A DNA stretch of 64,000 bases from Bradymonadia bacterium (GTDB lineage: Bacteria > Myxococcota_A > Bradymonadia > UBA7976 > UBA1532): the NCBI GenBank assembly GCA_046290225.1, contig JBKAGE010000080.1:64001-128000 (forward strand), in the 5' to 3' direction. Positions 39,844-48,904 of this stretch are shown here, piece by piece (positions within the stretch are counted from its first letter, which is position 1; the number at the start of each line of letters is the position of its first letter). A program made the translations under genes and the position numbers. A model generated the notes under the pieces. That model ran no database searches. It had not been told where the DNA came from and saw only the letters and a program-made list of their open reading frames with translations.

Positions 39844-40129
39844 GGGTTTTTGGGCTCCGGTTACGGGTCGTGGGTGTTTGAGTTGAGGGCTCTCGTGCAT
39901 GACGCTTTGGGCTGTCCTACCTGCACCTTCATCACCGTGTGCCTGAACATGTGCCAGCAGCGAAAGCCACTGGTACCCATGCGGCCATCGTTGTAAGTTC
40001 CGGGCGAACCAGGCAGATAATCCCTGCCCAACAAACACCTTCATCCTTCGTGATCTCGGGCCCCTTCAGAAGCCTGGGCTCGCGGAGGCGCTTCGGCGGC
40101 CATCGTCGCCGAAGCGCCGGAGCAACATC

Positions 40130-40762
40130 ATGCGTATGATTCTCGTAGGGCCTCCCGGGGCCGGCAAAGGGACGCAGGCGGCTCGCCTCGTCGAGAAACT
40201 CGGCATTCCTCACTTGTCCACGGGTGACATGCTCCGCGCCGCCGTCAAGGCCGGCACCGAGCTGGGCAAGGAAGCTCAGAAGTTCATGAGCGCCGGTGAG
40301 CTGGTGCCCGACGAGGTCATCATCGGCATGGTGGTCGAGCGGCTGCAGGCAGACGATTGCCAGAAGGGCTTCATGCTCGACGGGTTCCCTCGCACCACCC
40401 CCCAGGCCGAAGCCCTGCAGGTGGCTCTTGAGGGTGTCGACGTGCAGCTCGACGCCGTTGTGCTCATCAAAGTGCCCGACAGTGTCATCGAGGAGCGGAT
40501 CGTGCATCGCCGGTCAGATCCCGACACCGGCACCATCTACCACCTGAAGTTCAACCCGCCCCCTGCCGACATCGCCGACCGGCTCACCCATCGCAGAGAC
40601 GATACCTCGGAAGCTGTGCGCACCCGACTGGCGAAGTACCACGAGGCCACTGCCCCCGTGGTGGACTTCTACGGTGCCACTGGCATGCTCAAAGAGGTGG
40701 ATGGTCTGGGTGCCCCCGACGAGGTCACCGAGCGTATCTACAGCGTGCTCGGCATCAGCTGA
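40130..40762 (+). CDS. adk: Adenylate kinase
   Basis: GPPGAGKGTQA, STGDMLR, GELVPD, LDGFPRT, YHLKFNPP. Confidence 0.96.
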   Translation: MRMILVGPPGAGKGTQAARLVEKLGIPHLSTGDMLRAAVKAGTELGKEAQKFMSAGELVPDEVIIGMVVERLQADDCQKGFMLDGFPRTTPQAEALQVALEGVDVQLDAVVLIKVPDSVIEERIVHRRSDPDTGTIYHLKFNPPPADIADRLTHRRDDTSEAVRTRLAKYHEATAPVVDFYGATGMLKEVDGLGAPDEVTERIYSVLGIS

Positions 40763-41442
40763 GACAGCCACATCGGTGTCTCGGCCCCTTCGGGCCACTG
40801 GCCATGAGCGCGGGCCAATGACACCACCTGGGCAGCCAAGTCGTCCGACAGCGGCGCCTCCCACGCCCCCACCCCATCACATTCGATGCGCCACGCGTGC
40901 AGACACACGCGCCCTGGGCCCTTGGTGTAAGTCGCACCGCGTTTGGGCGGATAACGTACGTCGTCCACCAACGCGTGGCCGATGCTCTGCATGTGTCTTC
41001 GAATCTGGTGCTTGCGGCCCGTCTCCGGGCGTACGTGCATCAAGGCCACCGGACCCAACCAGCGGATGACCCGATAGCGCGTCACCGCCTCGAGGGGTCG
41101 CTTGCGACGCCCGTCGGCGAGGGCTCGACGCACGATCCCCTTTTTCCTCGGGCGGCCATGTACCAGCGCCAGGTAATGCTTGCGCACGGCGTGCTCGGCG
41201 AACCGCTGGCCCATCTCGCGCCTGATGTCGGCGCTGTCGGAGAGGAGCACCACCCCCGACGTCTCTCGATCGAGTCGATGGATCGGGCTCATGCCGACCA
41301 GGCCCTGATCTGCCAACAACTCGGTCAGCGCAGGGCCCTGCCCCTCGACACCAGGGTGCACGGCGACGCCGGCGGGCTTGTGGACCGCGAGGATGCCATC
41401 ACGATGAGAGATGATGTGGATGAGTGGGGGTGTCACAGGCAA
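40738..41442 (-). CDS. RluA-family pseudouridine synthase
   Basis: HKPAG, HRLDRETSG, KHYLALV, TGRKHQIRRH, CLHA. Confidence 0.9.
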   Translation of the reverse strand: MPVTPPLIHIISHRDGILAVHKPAGVAVHPGVEGQGPALTELLADQGLVGMSPIHRLDRETSGVVLLSDSADIRREMGQRFAEHAVRKHYLALVHGRPRKKGIVRRALADGRRKRPLEAVTRYRVIRWLGPVALMHVRPETGRKHQIRRHMQSIGHALVDDVRYPPKRGATYTKGPGRVCLHAWRIECDGVGAWEAPLSDDLAAQVVSLARAHGQWPEGAETPMWLSQLMPSTL

Positions 41443-41477
41443 GCGTCAGAACAGCGTTCTCAGGAGGTGAAAGCGCC

Positions 41478-41909
41478 TCAGGAGGCGAAGGTGCGCTCCT
41501 GGCGCTCCTGGCGCTCCTTGCAGACGATGCACAGGGTGGTCACCGGACGCGCCCGCAGACGACGGAACCCGATCCAGGCGCTGCACTCGTCACACCACCA
41601 GTAGTCACCCTCGTTGAGGCGCTCGAGGGCCTCTTCGATCTTGCCGAGCAGGTGACGCTCGCGACCCCGGAGACGGAAGGCCAGGGACTGGTTGTAGTCC
41701 GATGTGGCGAGATCCATCTCGTCGGGGAGATCGTCGGGATCGAGGGTCATGTCTTCGGTGAGCGTACGCTGAGCGTTGCGCATCAGCTTGGCTTTCTCCG
41801 ATTCCAAGATGGCCCGAAACTCTTCGGTCCGCTCTTGGAGCAGCTCCTCGGAGACGCCCTCGAAATCAGCCTCTTCCCGAACTTCACCGGGCTCGATTTT
41901 CTTGGTCAT
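41478..41909 (-). CDS. dksA: DksA/TraR C4-type zinc finger protein
   Basis: Coiled coil with PDEMD, CDEC...RRLRARP.TTLCIVC; GGAGG RBS. Confidence 0.85.
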   Translation of the reverse strand: MTKKIEPGEVREEADFEGVSEELLQERTEEFRAILESEKAKLMRNAQRTLTEDMTLDPDDLPDEMDLATSDYNQSLAFRLRGRERHLLGKIEEALERLNEGDYWWCDECSAWIGFRRLRARPVTTLCIVCKERQERQERTFAS

Positions 41910-41940
41910 GACCCTCAACCTCCAGTCAGAGAGACGGCGA

Positions 41941-41970
41941 AAGTTACTGTCGTGCGGGCGCCGCTGTCAA
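41941..41970 (-). promoter_or_regulatory. Sigma-70-type promoter for dksA
   Basis: Minus strand TTGACA-N18-TAACTT. Confidence 0.6.
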
Positions 41971-42024
41971 TGCTCAGAGCGCATGATCGAACATGGACCC
42001 AAGTGTCGATGCCCGCAAGGCTTT

Positions 42025-43734
42025 TCAGGCCGCGCCGGGTGTCTGTTTCTTCGGCTTCACCATGAAGGAGGTGCCAAGCATCAGCGCGAAGAGCACCGTC
42101 CAGACATAGACCGCGAGCATGTCTTGCGACACGGGCTGGGTGAAGGAGTAGAACGCAAAGATGCCGAGGATCGGCACCAACGCACCCTGTACCCATAGCA
42201 AACCATTGGTGTTGAACGAATGCTGGGGGTTCTTCTCGGCAGCGCGGACCACGGCGTTGTAACCGATGAGCATGATCATCGACCCAATGCCGATGGCCAT
42301 GAAGATCATCCACATGCTGTAGGGCTCGTAGGTATCCCAGAGCAGCTGGCGGGCACCCCAGGCGTCGACCTTCGCCGTCTCCTCGAAGAGAGGCATCACC
42401 TTGTCCTTGGGCAACCCGTTGACCATGTCGGCGGCGAGGTTGGCTTTCTCGATGAGGTACTTCTTGGCGAGGTTCACCTTGTCGCCACCGTGCTCGTACA
42501 AGTTCCCGGCGACGATCGAGCCGATGGACCACCCGATGCCCACGGTCATGTTCACGTAGCCCATGTACTGCCCCTGTTTGCCAGGAGGAGCGATGGAGGA
42601 GACGTAGCGCATCTTGGTGGGGCTGGCGATCATCTCACCCACGGAGAAGCCAGCGATGGCCAGGAAGATCACCCAACCACTCATCGAGGTACCCAGGCCG
42701 TAGATGCCCACGGCGGCGATGGCGATGCCGATGATGATGGCGGTGAGAGAGTGCATCTTGCCGGTCATGTAACCAAAGACCCAGGCGAAGAGGCTGATCA
42801 GCAACGGGTTGAAGTTGATGATCCACTCCTGGGTGAGGTTCCCGCCGTTGGTGGTGGGGATGGCCCCCTCACCGAACATGCCGGCGAGCATCTCTGCGGC
42901 GGCTCGAGAGTCGATCCAGTCGTCGATGAAGTTCGGGAGGATGTCGAACAGCTGATAGAACATCAGCCAGAAGCCCGCGAACGTGATGGTGAAGAAGAAC
43001 AGCCGGGGCTCGAGCAGCCCCTTCACGGCGCGACCGATGAGGTCAGGGATGCTACCCTCGTCTTTGTGCTCGCGCTTGGGCTCGGCGAACATGAACAGCG
43101 GGATGAAGTTCAGGGCGATGGCGGCGGAGCACAGCAGGAAGACGTACTCCCACTCCAGAATCCGCAGGTAGCCCGCGATGAAGGGCCCCACGAAGCCACC
43201 GATATTTACACACTGGTAGAAGATGGCCCACCCCAGGGCGGCCTTGTCCGGGGGCATCTCGTTGGCGAGCAGCCCCTGCACACCAGGCTTGAAGATGGCG
43301 GTGCCCAGCGCAAGCAACTGCGCGCCAGAGAAGAAGATCCAGTAGGTGAGATCGGTGCCCTGGGCTCGAGCCTCGGCGATGGGCATGCCGGCGAGGCTCT
43401 CGGCGATGGTGATGCAATACCCCATCAGCAGATAGCCCAGGATCTTCAGCACGGTGCTGATGGCGATGTTGATCTTGTAGCCATAACGATCAGCGAAGAC
43501 GCCGGAGAACACGGGTACAAAGCTCTGCACCAGGGCCCAGATGGCATAGATACTGCCTTTCTGGGTGTGGGTGAACTCAGGGCCGCCCTCGGCGAGGGAG
43601 AGCACCATGAACACCGGCAACACGGTGCGCACGCCGTAGTAGGCGAAGCGCTCCACGAGCTCCATCCAGTTGGCGATCCAATAGACACGGTTGAAGCCGA
43701 GCTTCTTGCCGACTCCGGGATTGGGCTGTTGCAT
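42025..43734 (-). CDS. MFS transporter, POT/PTR peptide-transporter-like
   Basis: ELVERFAYYG motif, FYQCVNIGGF, GEMIASP, multiple TMs. Confidence 0.85.
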   Translation of the reverse strand: MQQPNPGVGKKLGFNRVYWIANWMELVERFAYYGVRTVLPVFMVLSLAEGGPEFTHTQKGSIYAIWALVQSFVPVFSGVFADRYGYKINIAISTVLKILGYLLMGYCITIAESLAGMPIAEARAQGTDLTYWIFFSGAQLLALGTAIFKPGVQGLLANEMPPDKAALGWAIFYQCVNIGGFVGPFIAGYLRILEWEYVFLLCSAAIALNFIPLFMFAEPKREHKDEGSIPDLIGRAVKGLLEPRLFFFTITFAGFWLMFYQLFDILPNFIDDWIDSRAAAEMLAGMFGEGAIPTTNGGNLTQEWIINFNPLLISLFAWVFGYMTGKMHSLTAIIIGIAIAAVGIYGLGTSMSGWVIFLAIAGFSVGEMIASPTKMRYVSSIAPPGKQGQYMGYVNMTVGIGWSIGSIVAGNLYEHGGDKVNLAKKYLIEKANLAADMVNGLPKDKVMPLFEETAKVDAWGARQLLWDTYEPYSMWMIFMAIGIGSMIMLIGYNAVVRAAEKNPQHSFNTNGLLWVQGALVPILGIFAFYSFTQPVSQDMLAVYVWTVLFALMLGTSFMVKPKKQTPGAA

Positions 43735-43862
43735 ATAGACCTCGCCACCAAAAACCCCAACACACGTGGGGTTCGATTGTCATCGCGCTCGATGAGCAGA
43801 CGTGCGGTTATACTCCCCGCACGTCTGTTCATCTACGCAAATCCCGAGGCCGCATAATCACG

Positions 43863-44822
43863 ATGTACGCCGCCACACTCGAAGACATCCGCGCCGCACG
43901 AGCGCGCATCGCAGGCCACGCCCACGTGACCCCGGTCATGACCTGCGCCGCTCTCGACGCCCTCGCCCATCGCTCGCTCTTCTTCAAATGCGAGCATCTG
44001 CAAAAGGTGGGGGCCTTCAAGTTCCGGGGCGCGGTGAACGCGCTGTCCAAGCTCAAAGAAGCGCCAGGGCCGACCCCTGAGGCCGTGGTGACGCACTCCA
44101 GCGGGAACCACGCCCAGGCCGTGGCCCTCGCGGGGCGCACGCTGGGCTTCGAAGCCCACATCGTGATGCCCACGTCGGCGCCCACTGTGAAACGTCAGGC
44201 CGTAGAGGGTTACGGGGCGCGGGTGTACCCCTGCGCCCCGGTGCTTGAGGCACGTGAGAGCACGGCGGCCCAGGTGGTGGCTGAGACTGGAGGGGTGCTG
44301 ATCCCCCCGTACAATCATCCCGACGTCATCGCTGGTCAGGGCACCATCGCCCTGGAGCTGCTTGAGCAGGTTGCCGATCTCGACGCGGTGATCGTGCCCG
44401 TGGGCGGTGGCGGCATGATCTCGGGCATCGCCCTGGCCCTTCGAGAGGCGGCCCCCCACGTTCGGGTGTTCGCTGCGGAGCCTCTCGGCGCCGATGACGC
44501 AGCCCGCTCGAAGGCGGCGGGGCGTCTGATCCCCCAGACCGGCCCCGACACCATCGCCGACGGGCTGCTCACCAGCCTCGGCGATCTCACCTGGCCGGTG
44601 ATCCGCGACGTGGTCGAGCAGGTGATCACGGTGAGCGAGGCGGCCATCGTAGAGGCGATGTCCCTTGTATGGAGCCGTATGAAGCAGGTGGTGGAGCCCA
44701 GCGCCGCAGTGTCCCTCGCTGCGGCCCTCTCAGATGAATTTCGGGCCATTTCGGGGGTCAAGCGGGTGGCCCTGGTGCTGTGCGGAGGCAATGTCGACCT
44801 GAGCGCGTTGCCATGGGGATAG
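43863..44822 (+). CDS. Serine racemase / threonine dehydratase-type PLP enzyme
   Basis: FKCEHLQKVGAFKFRGA, SSGNHAQA, GQGT, VGGGG, EPSAA, CGGNVD. Confidence 0.9.
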   Translation: MYAATLEDIRAARARIAGHAHVTPVMTCAALDALAHRSLFFKCEHLQKVGAFKFRGAVNALSKLKEAPGPTPEAVVTHSSGNHAQAVALAGRTLGFEAHIVMPTSAPTVKRQAVEGYGARVYPCAPVLEARESTAAQVVAETGGVLIPPYNHPDVIAGQGTIALELLEQVADLDAVIVPVGGGGMISGIALALREAAPHVRVFAAEPLGADDAARSKAAGRLIPQTGPDTIADGLLTSLGDLTWPVIRDVVEQVITVSEAAIVEAMSLVWSRMKQVVEPSAAVSLAAALSDEFRAISGVKRVALVLCGGNVDLSALPWG

Positions 44823-45192
44823 CGGACGGTCATCGCCTTACGGCGACAGCCTGTAGCGGACGCCTGCTTCGCAGAGCTGTAGCGGACGCTCATTTGCCTT
44901 CGGCAAATTCCCTGTAGCTTTTTGAAGATCAGTTGAGGGGACGTGTGTGGGTTCATCTACCGCAAACGCTGGTGGCCCCTGACGCACCAGTTCCGGCGTA
45001 AGCCCCGACCTGGGTTGAGAAACCCACCAGCAACACCATAACTCTCTGAAAAAGCTACAGCTCCGGCTGCCGGAGGCAGACTCGGCGTCCGCTACAGCTC
45101 TGAGCCAGCGCAGCTGGTTCAGGCGTCCGCTACAGGCGCAGCGCAGCTGGGCCGTCCGCTACAGGCGGTGCCAAAGGCACGGCCGTCCGCTC
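44820..45192. repeat. Modular REP-like fold-back element, copy A
   Basis: CTGTAGCGGACG at 44851 and 44877 (partials at 44820, 44912); inverted CGTCCGCTACAG at 45086, 45124, 45153 (partials at 45053, 45184); hairpin spacers; 133-bp core. Confidence 0.92.
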
Positions 45193-45310
45193 GATTAATT
45201 CCAGCATTTCGGTCGAAAAACCGTGAACCCATCGGGCCATTTGGTTCATCGTTGCTCAGTGGTACAGGCAAAGGCCCGTACCAGCTCAGACCCCACATCG
45301 GAGTGAATCC

Positions 45311-45760
45311 ATGTCTCGTTTCCTCGCTGGCCTGTGCGCCGCTGCCGCCCTCACCCTCGTCGGGACCGTCGCCACCGCCTGCCCCGGTGGTGAGATGAAG
45401 GCCCAGGCCACCCCCGCCACCATGACCACCGCTCAGCTCGAAGAGGCCATGAGCGCCAAGAAGGTCACCGTGGTCGATACCAACAACGCCGAGAAGTTCG
45501 CCAAGGCCCACATCCCCGGCGCCACCCACGTGCCCTATGATCAGGTCTCCGCGAGCACCCTGCCCGCCGACAAGAACGCCAGCCTGGTGTTCTACTGCGC
45601 CAACACCATGTGTGGCGCCAGCAAGAAGGCCGCCACCGCCGCCATGGGCGAGGGCTACAACAACGTCGCCGTCTACCCCGAGGGCATCGATGGCTGGGTC
45701 GCCGCCGGCAAGCCCGTCGAGGCCGCCAAGGCTGCCAAGGCCGCCAAGGGCGGTTCCTGA
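45311..45760 (+). CDS. Exported rhodanese-like domain protein
   Basis: Signal peptide; HIPGA, VFYCANTMCGAS, YPEGIDGW. Confidence 0.85.
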   Translation: MSRFLAGLCAAAALTLVGTVATACPGGEMKAQATPATMTTAQLEEAMSAKKVTVVDTNNAEKFAKAHIPGATHVPYDQVSASTLPADKNASLVFYCANTMCGASKKAATAAMGEGYNNVAVYPEGIDGWVAAGKPVEAAKAAKAAKGGS

Positions 45761-45913
45761 GCCCACCCCTGCCTTCAGGCTCTTCTCCCCCAGCTCTCTC
45801 CCTCACTGCACCTCAGCGCCTCGTCACCACGAGGCCTGCCTCTCGCAAGACCTGACAACTGACTGTCGAGGCACTAACGTACCCCCCTCACTGGTCAACG
45901 TATGGGGAGTACG

Positions 45914-47065
45914 ATGCTCAAAGAATGGCTGGGTAAGCTCAAAGGTCTGCTGGGCAAGAGAAGCTCGGGCGGCGCCAAGGGCAGTGGCCGGCAGTGGATA
46001 CTGCCAGGCATTGCCACCTTCATCATCCTGCTCTCGCTCTTCAGCGGCGGCAGCGGCGCCGTAGAAGTAGAGCCCGGCGAGGTGGCCGTGATCTACAACC
46101 AGACTGGCATCAGCGCCTTTGGCGATCTCGCCAGCGTGAGCCAGGAGCAGGGCGTGTTGACCTTCTTCCCCGGGTTTCAGCGGGTCGAGAAGCTCGACGT
46201 GCAACCTCAGATCTTCGTCATGGAAGGCAACGGAGACTCTGCTGAGGCCAGGCCCAACCAGTCGGGCAAGCTTACCGTGCGCGCCAAAGACGGCTCGAAC
46301 TTCTACTTCGAGCGGGTGGAGATCCACTACCAGCTGATCACCGAAAAAGCCGCCGAGGTCATCGTCCTCAACGGCCCCGGTGACGACTACAAGGGCAAGG
46401 CCATCAAGACCCACGCCCGGGAGATCCTGCGCGACGAGTTCGGCCGCTACGAGTTCCTCGAGATCGCCAACCCCGCCACCTATGGCGAGGCCACCAGCCG
46501 GGCCAAGCGGGCCCTGAACGAGCGCCTCAACCCCCTGGGCATCGAGGTCACCAACATCCCGCCGCCGAAGCCCCGGTTCGACACCAACATCGAGCAGGCC
46601 ATCGAGAAGCGTCAGAACGCCGAGCAGGAGGTCGAGGTCCAGCGAGAAGAGCGCAACAAGCTCAAGCAGGAGCGCGAGCGCAAGCTGCAGCAGGTGGCTC
46701 AGCGCAAGAGCGCCGAGTTCCAGGGCATCAAGGCCCGCCTCGAGGCAGAGCTCAAGCAGGCCCAGAACACCGAGCTCGCCAGCAAGCGCGAGGCCGACAA
46801 GTACTTCATCGAGCGCGACGCCGAGGGCAAGGCCATGCGCGACGAGAAGGTCACCCAGGCCAAAGCCAACGAGGTGGCCTACCGCCGCGAAGCCGAAGGC
46901 CTCGCCGCCAAGATCCGCGCCGTCGGTGAAGAGGGCCCCGACGTACTCAACCGCGTCATCGCCGAGAAGGTGTTCCCCCAGATGCGCAACCTCACCGCCC
47001 GCCCCTACACCCGGCAGTCCACCCCCATCGACATCCGGCACATCGACTCTTCGGGAGAGCAGTAA
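45914..47065 (+). CDS. SPFH/Band 7 domain membrane protein with long coiled coil
   Basis: TM, VEPGEVAV, VRAKDG, LNPLGIEV, C-terminal AE-rich coiled coil. Confidence 0.8.
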   Translation: MLKEWLGKLKGLLGKRSSGGAKGSGRQWILPGIATFIILLSLFSGGSGAVEVEPGEVAVIYNQTGISAFGDLASVSQEQGVLTFFPGFQRVEKLDVQPQIFVMEGNGDSAEARPNQSGKLTVRAKDGSNFYFERVEIHYQLITEKAAEVIVLNGPGDDYKGKAIKTHAREILRDEFGRYEFLEIANPATYGEATSRAKRALNERLNPLGIEVTNIPPPKPRFDTNIEQAIEKRQNAEQEVEVQREERNKLKQERERKLQQVAQRKSAEFQGIKARLEAELKQAQNTELASKREADKYFIERDAEGKAMRDEKVTQAKANEVAYRREAEGLAAKIRAVGEEGPDVLNRVIAEKVFPQMRNLTARPYTRQSTPIDIRHIDSSGEQ

Positions 47066-48099
47066 TGGCGATGAAGATTCTCAACTGGATCAGCGGCATC
47101 ATCATCATTCTGTGGCTGGCCCCCAGCGCCTGCCTGGAGCGCATCGAGCCCGGTAAGATCGGCGTGCGCCGCAGCCTCTCTGGTGGTGTGAGCGAGGCCG
47201 ACTTCAGGGTGGGCTACCACCTGTCGCTCCCCTTCTGGCACAGCTGGTATCAGCTCGACGGCACCCTGCACTACCTCGAGTTCAACCAGGCCTCCCCGGC
47301 GGGCTCTCTCGAGCTGCGCACCAAAGAGAACAACATCATCTTCATCGATCTCACCATCCCCTTCCGCATCAAGAAGGACGAGGGCTGGCAGATCGTGAAA
47401 GAGGGCTTCTCCACCAGCTACAAGAGCAAGATGAAGTCCCAGGCCGTCGGCGTGTTGCGCAAAGAGCTCGCCGAGCTGTCCAGCCTCGACGTGCAGGTTC
47501 CCGAGAAGCGTCAGACCGTCGCCGAGAAGGCTCTGCCGCTGCTCAATGAGGCATTGTCCCAGTATCACATCGAGGCCACCCACGTGATCATCCGGGGCAT
47601 CCGGTTCCGACAGCAGTACGAGCAGAAGCTGCAGAACAAGCAGCTCTACATCGTGCAGGGTCGCCTCGACGAGGCCCTGGGCAAGGAGTCGAAGGCCCGG
47701 CAGGAGACCGAGACCCTCAAGAAGGTCATCGACAAGGATCTCGCCCTCAAAGCCGAGGAGTGGAACCGCAAGATCGAGGAAGAGAAGTCGACCTACGAGC
47801 TGCAGATCGCCCAGATTCAGGCCCAGACCAAGAAGTACGTCCGGGCCAAGAGGGCTCAGGCCGACGCCATGTTCTCCGAGCTCGAGGCTGAGGGTAACCT
47901 CGCCGAGGCCAAGGCCGCCGCCCTGGGCGAGAAGCTCAAAGCCGAGGCCCTGGCCAGCAAGGCCGGCCGCACCTTCAGCGCCATCGAAGCCGCCAAGCGG
48001 TTCCAGCTCGGCGACATCCAGCTCAACTCCAGCGATCCGCGGTTCTTGTACGAGTTCGGCAGTATGGCCGCGTGGCGACGGTTCTTCCTGGGAGAGTGA
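47065..48099 (+). CDS. Second SPFH/Band 7 domain protein
   Basis: IEPGKIGVR, GYHLSLPFWH, LRTKENN, coiled coil; TAATG coupling to the upstream gene. Confidence 0.8.
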   Translation: MAMKILNWISGIIIILWLAPSACLERIEPGKIGVRRSLSGGVSEADFRVGYHLSLPFWHSWYQLDGTLHYLEFNQASPAGSLELRTKENNIIFIDLTIPFRIKKDEGWQIVKEGFSTSYKSKMKSQAVGVLRKELAELSSLDVQVPEKRQTVAEKALPLLNEALSQYHIEATHVIIRGIRFRQQYEQKLQNKQLYIVQGRLDEALGKESKARQETETLKKVIDKDLALKAEEWNRKIEEEKSTYELQIAQIQAQTKKYVRAKRAQADAMFSELEAEGNLAEAKAAALGEKLKAEALASKAGRTFSAIEAAKRFQLGDIQLNSSDPRFLYEFGSMAAWRRFFLGE

Positions 48100-48102
48100 T
48101 CA

Positions 48103-48696
48103 GTGCTGCCTCGTTTGATCTTCTTCGCCGTGCTCATCGGCGGCGCCCTGTGGACCTACCGGCGATGGCAAATCATTCAGGCCCTCAAGCTGCCCGAGGT
48201 ACCCGAGGACTGGCGCGAGCTCGCGAGCCGTGACGCCCGGGTCGCCGAGGCCATCGACATGCGCGATCAGCTCGCCACTCAAGTCAGTCGTAAAGACAAC
48301 CGGCTCGATCGAGATGTGCTGCGGGAGCTCGACGAGCTCGTCGGCGGAGTGGTGGAGCTCACCCGTCTGCGTCACCAGATGGAGCATCACCTCGATCGTC
48401 TCGACCCCAAGGCCCTCGAGCGTGACGCCCACTTGCTCGGCGAAGCAGCCCTCGAAGATCATCAAGCGCGCATCGACGATCTGCAGACCCGACCCAAGGC
48501 CCTGGAAGCGGCCGCAGCGGAGACCGTACACGCCTTGCGGCAGTTCCACCTCGAGACCCTCGAGGCGCTGAGCCACATGGCCCTCGACCCGCAGACGGTG
48601 AGCCGGCGGCTCCGTGTCCACACCGAGGCGCTCCAGCACCGTCTGAAGGCCGAGCGGGAGATTCAGGCGCTGCTTGGGCCAGAGCATCGCTCTTGA
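48103..48696 (+). CDS. Membrane-anchored helical hypothetical protein
   Basis: N-terminal TM, all-alpha remainder; starts 3 bp after the SPFH stop. Confidence 0.65.
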   Translation: MLPRLIFFAVLIGGALWTYRRWQIIQALKLPEVPEDWRELASRDARVAEAIDMRDQLATQVSRKDNRLDRDVLRELDELVGGVVELTRLRHQMEHHLDRLDPKALERDAHLLGEAALEDHQARIDDLQTRPKALEAAAAETVHALRQFHLETLEALSHMALDPQTVSRRLRVHTEALQHRLKAEREIQALLGPEHRS

Positions 48697-48904
48697 TCTG
48701 CGGCTTCGGGTTGAGTATCTCTCAGACACGATCTGTGTGACACCATCACACAAAAACCTACTCATAATGGGTGGAGGTGGTTCACATGCTCAGCGCATAT
48801 CATACTTCCCTGCATGATGGCCGATATGAGGGGGGTGAGCAGGACGCTTCACCACACTCAGATCTGCGCATCTGGGTAACTCGCTACCCCCATGGTTTCC
48901 TGAC

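Noticed and set aside
44820..45192. CRISPR array interpretation of the repeat-spacer arms (also 50173-50585)
   Set aside because: Repeats are only 12 bp, spacers are short and self-complementary, orientation flips mid-element, and no cas genes are present.
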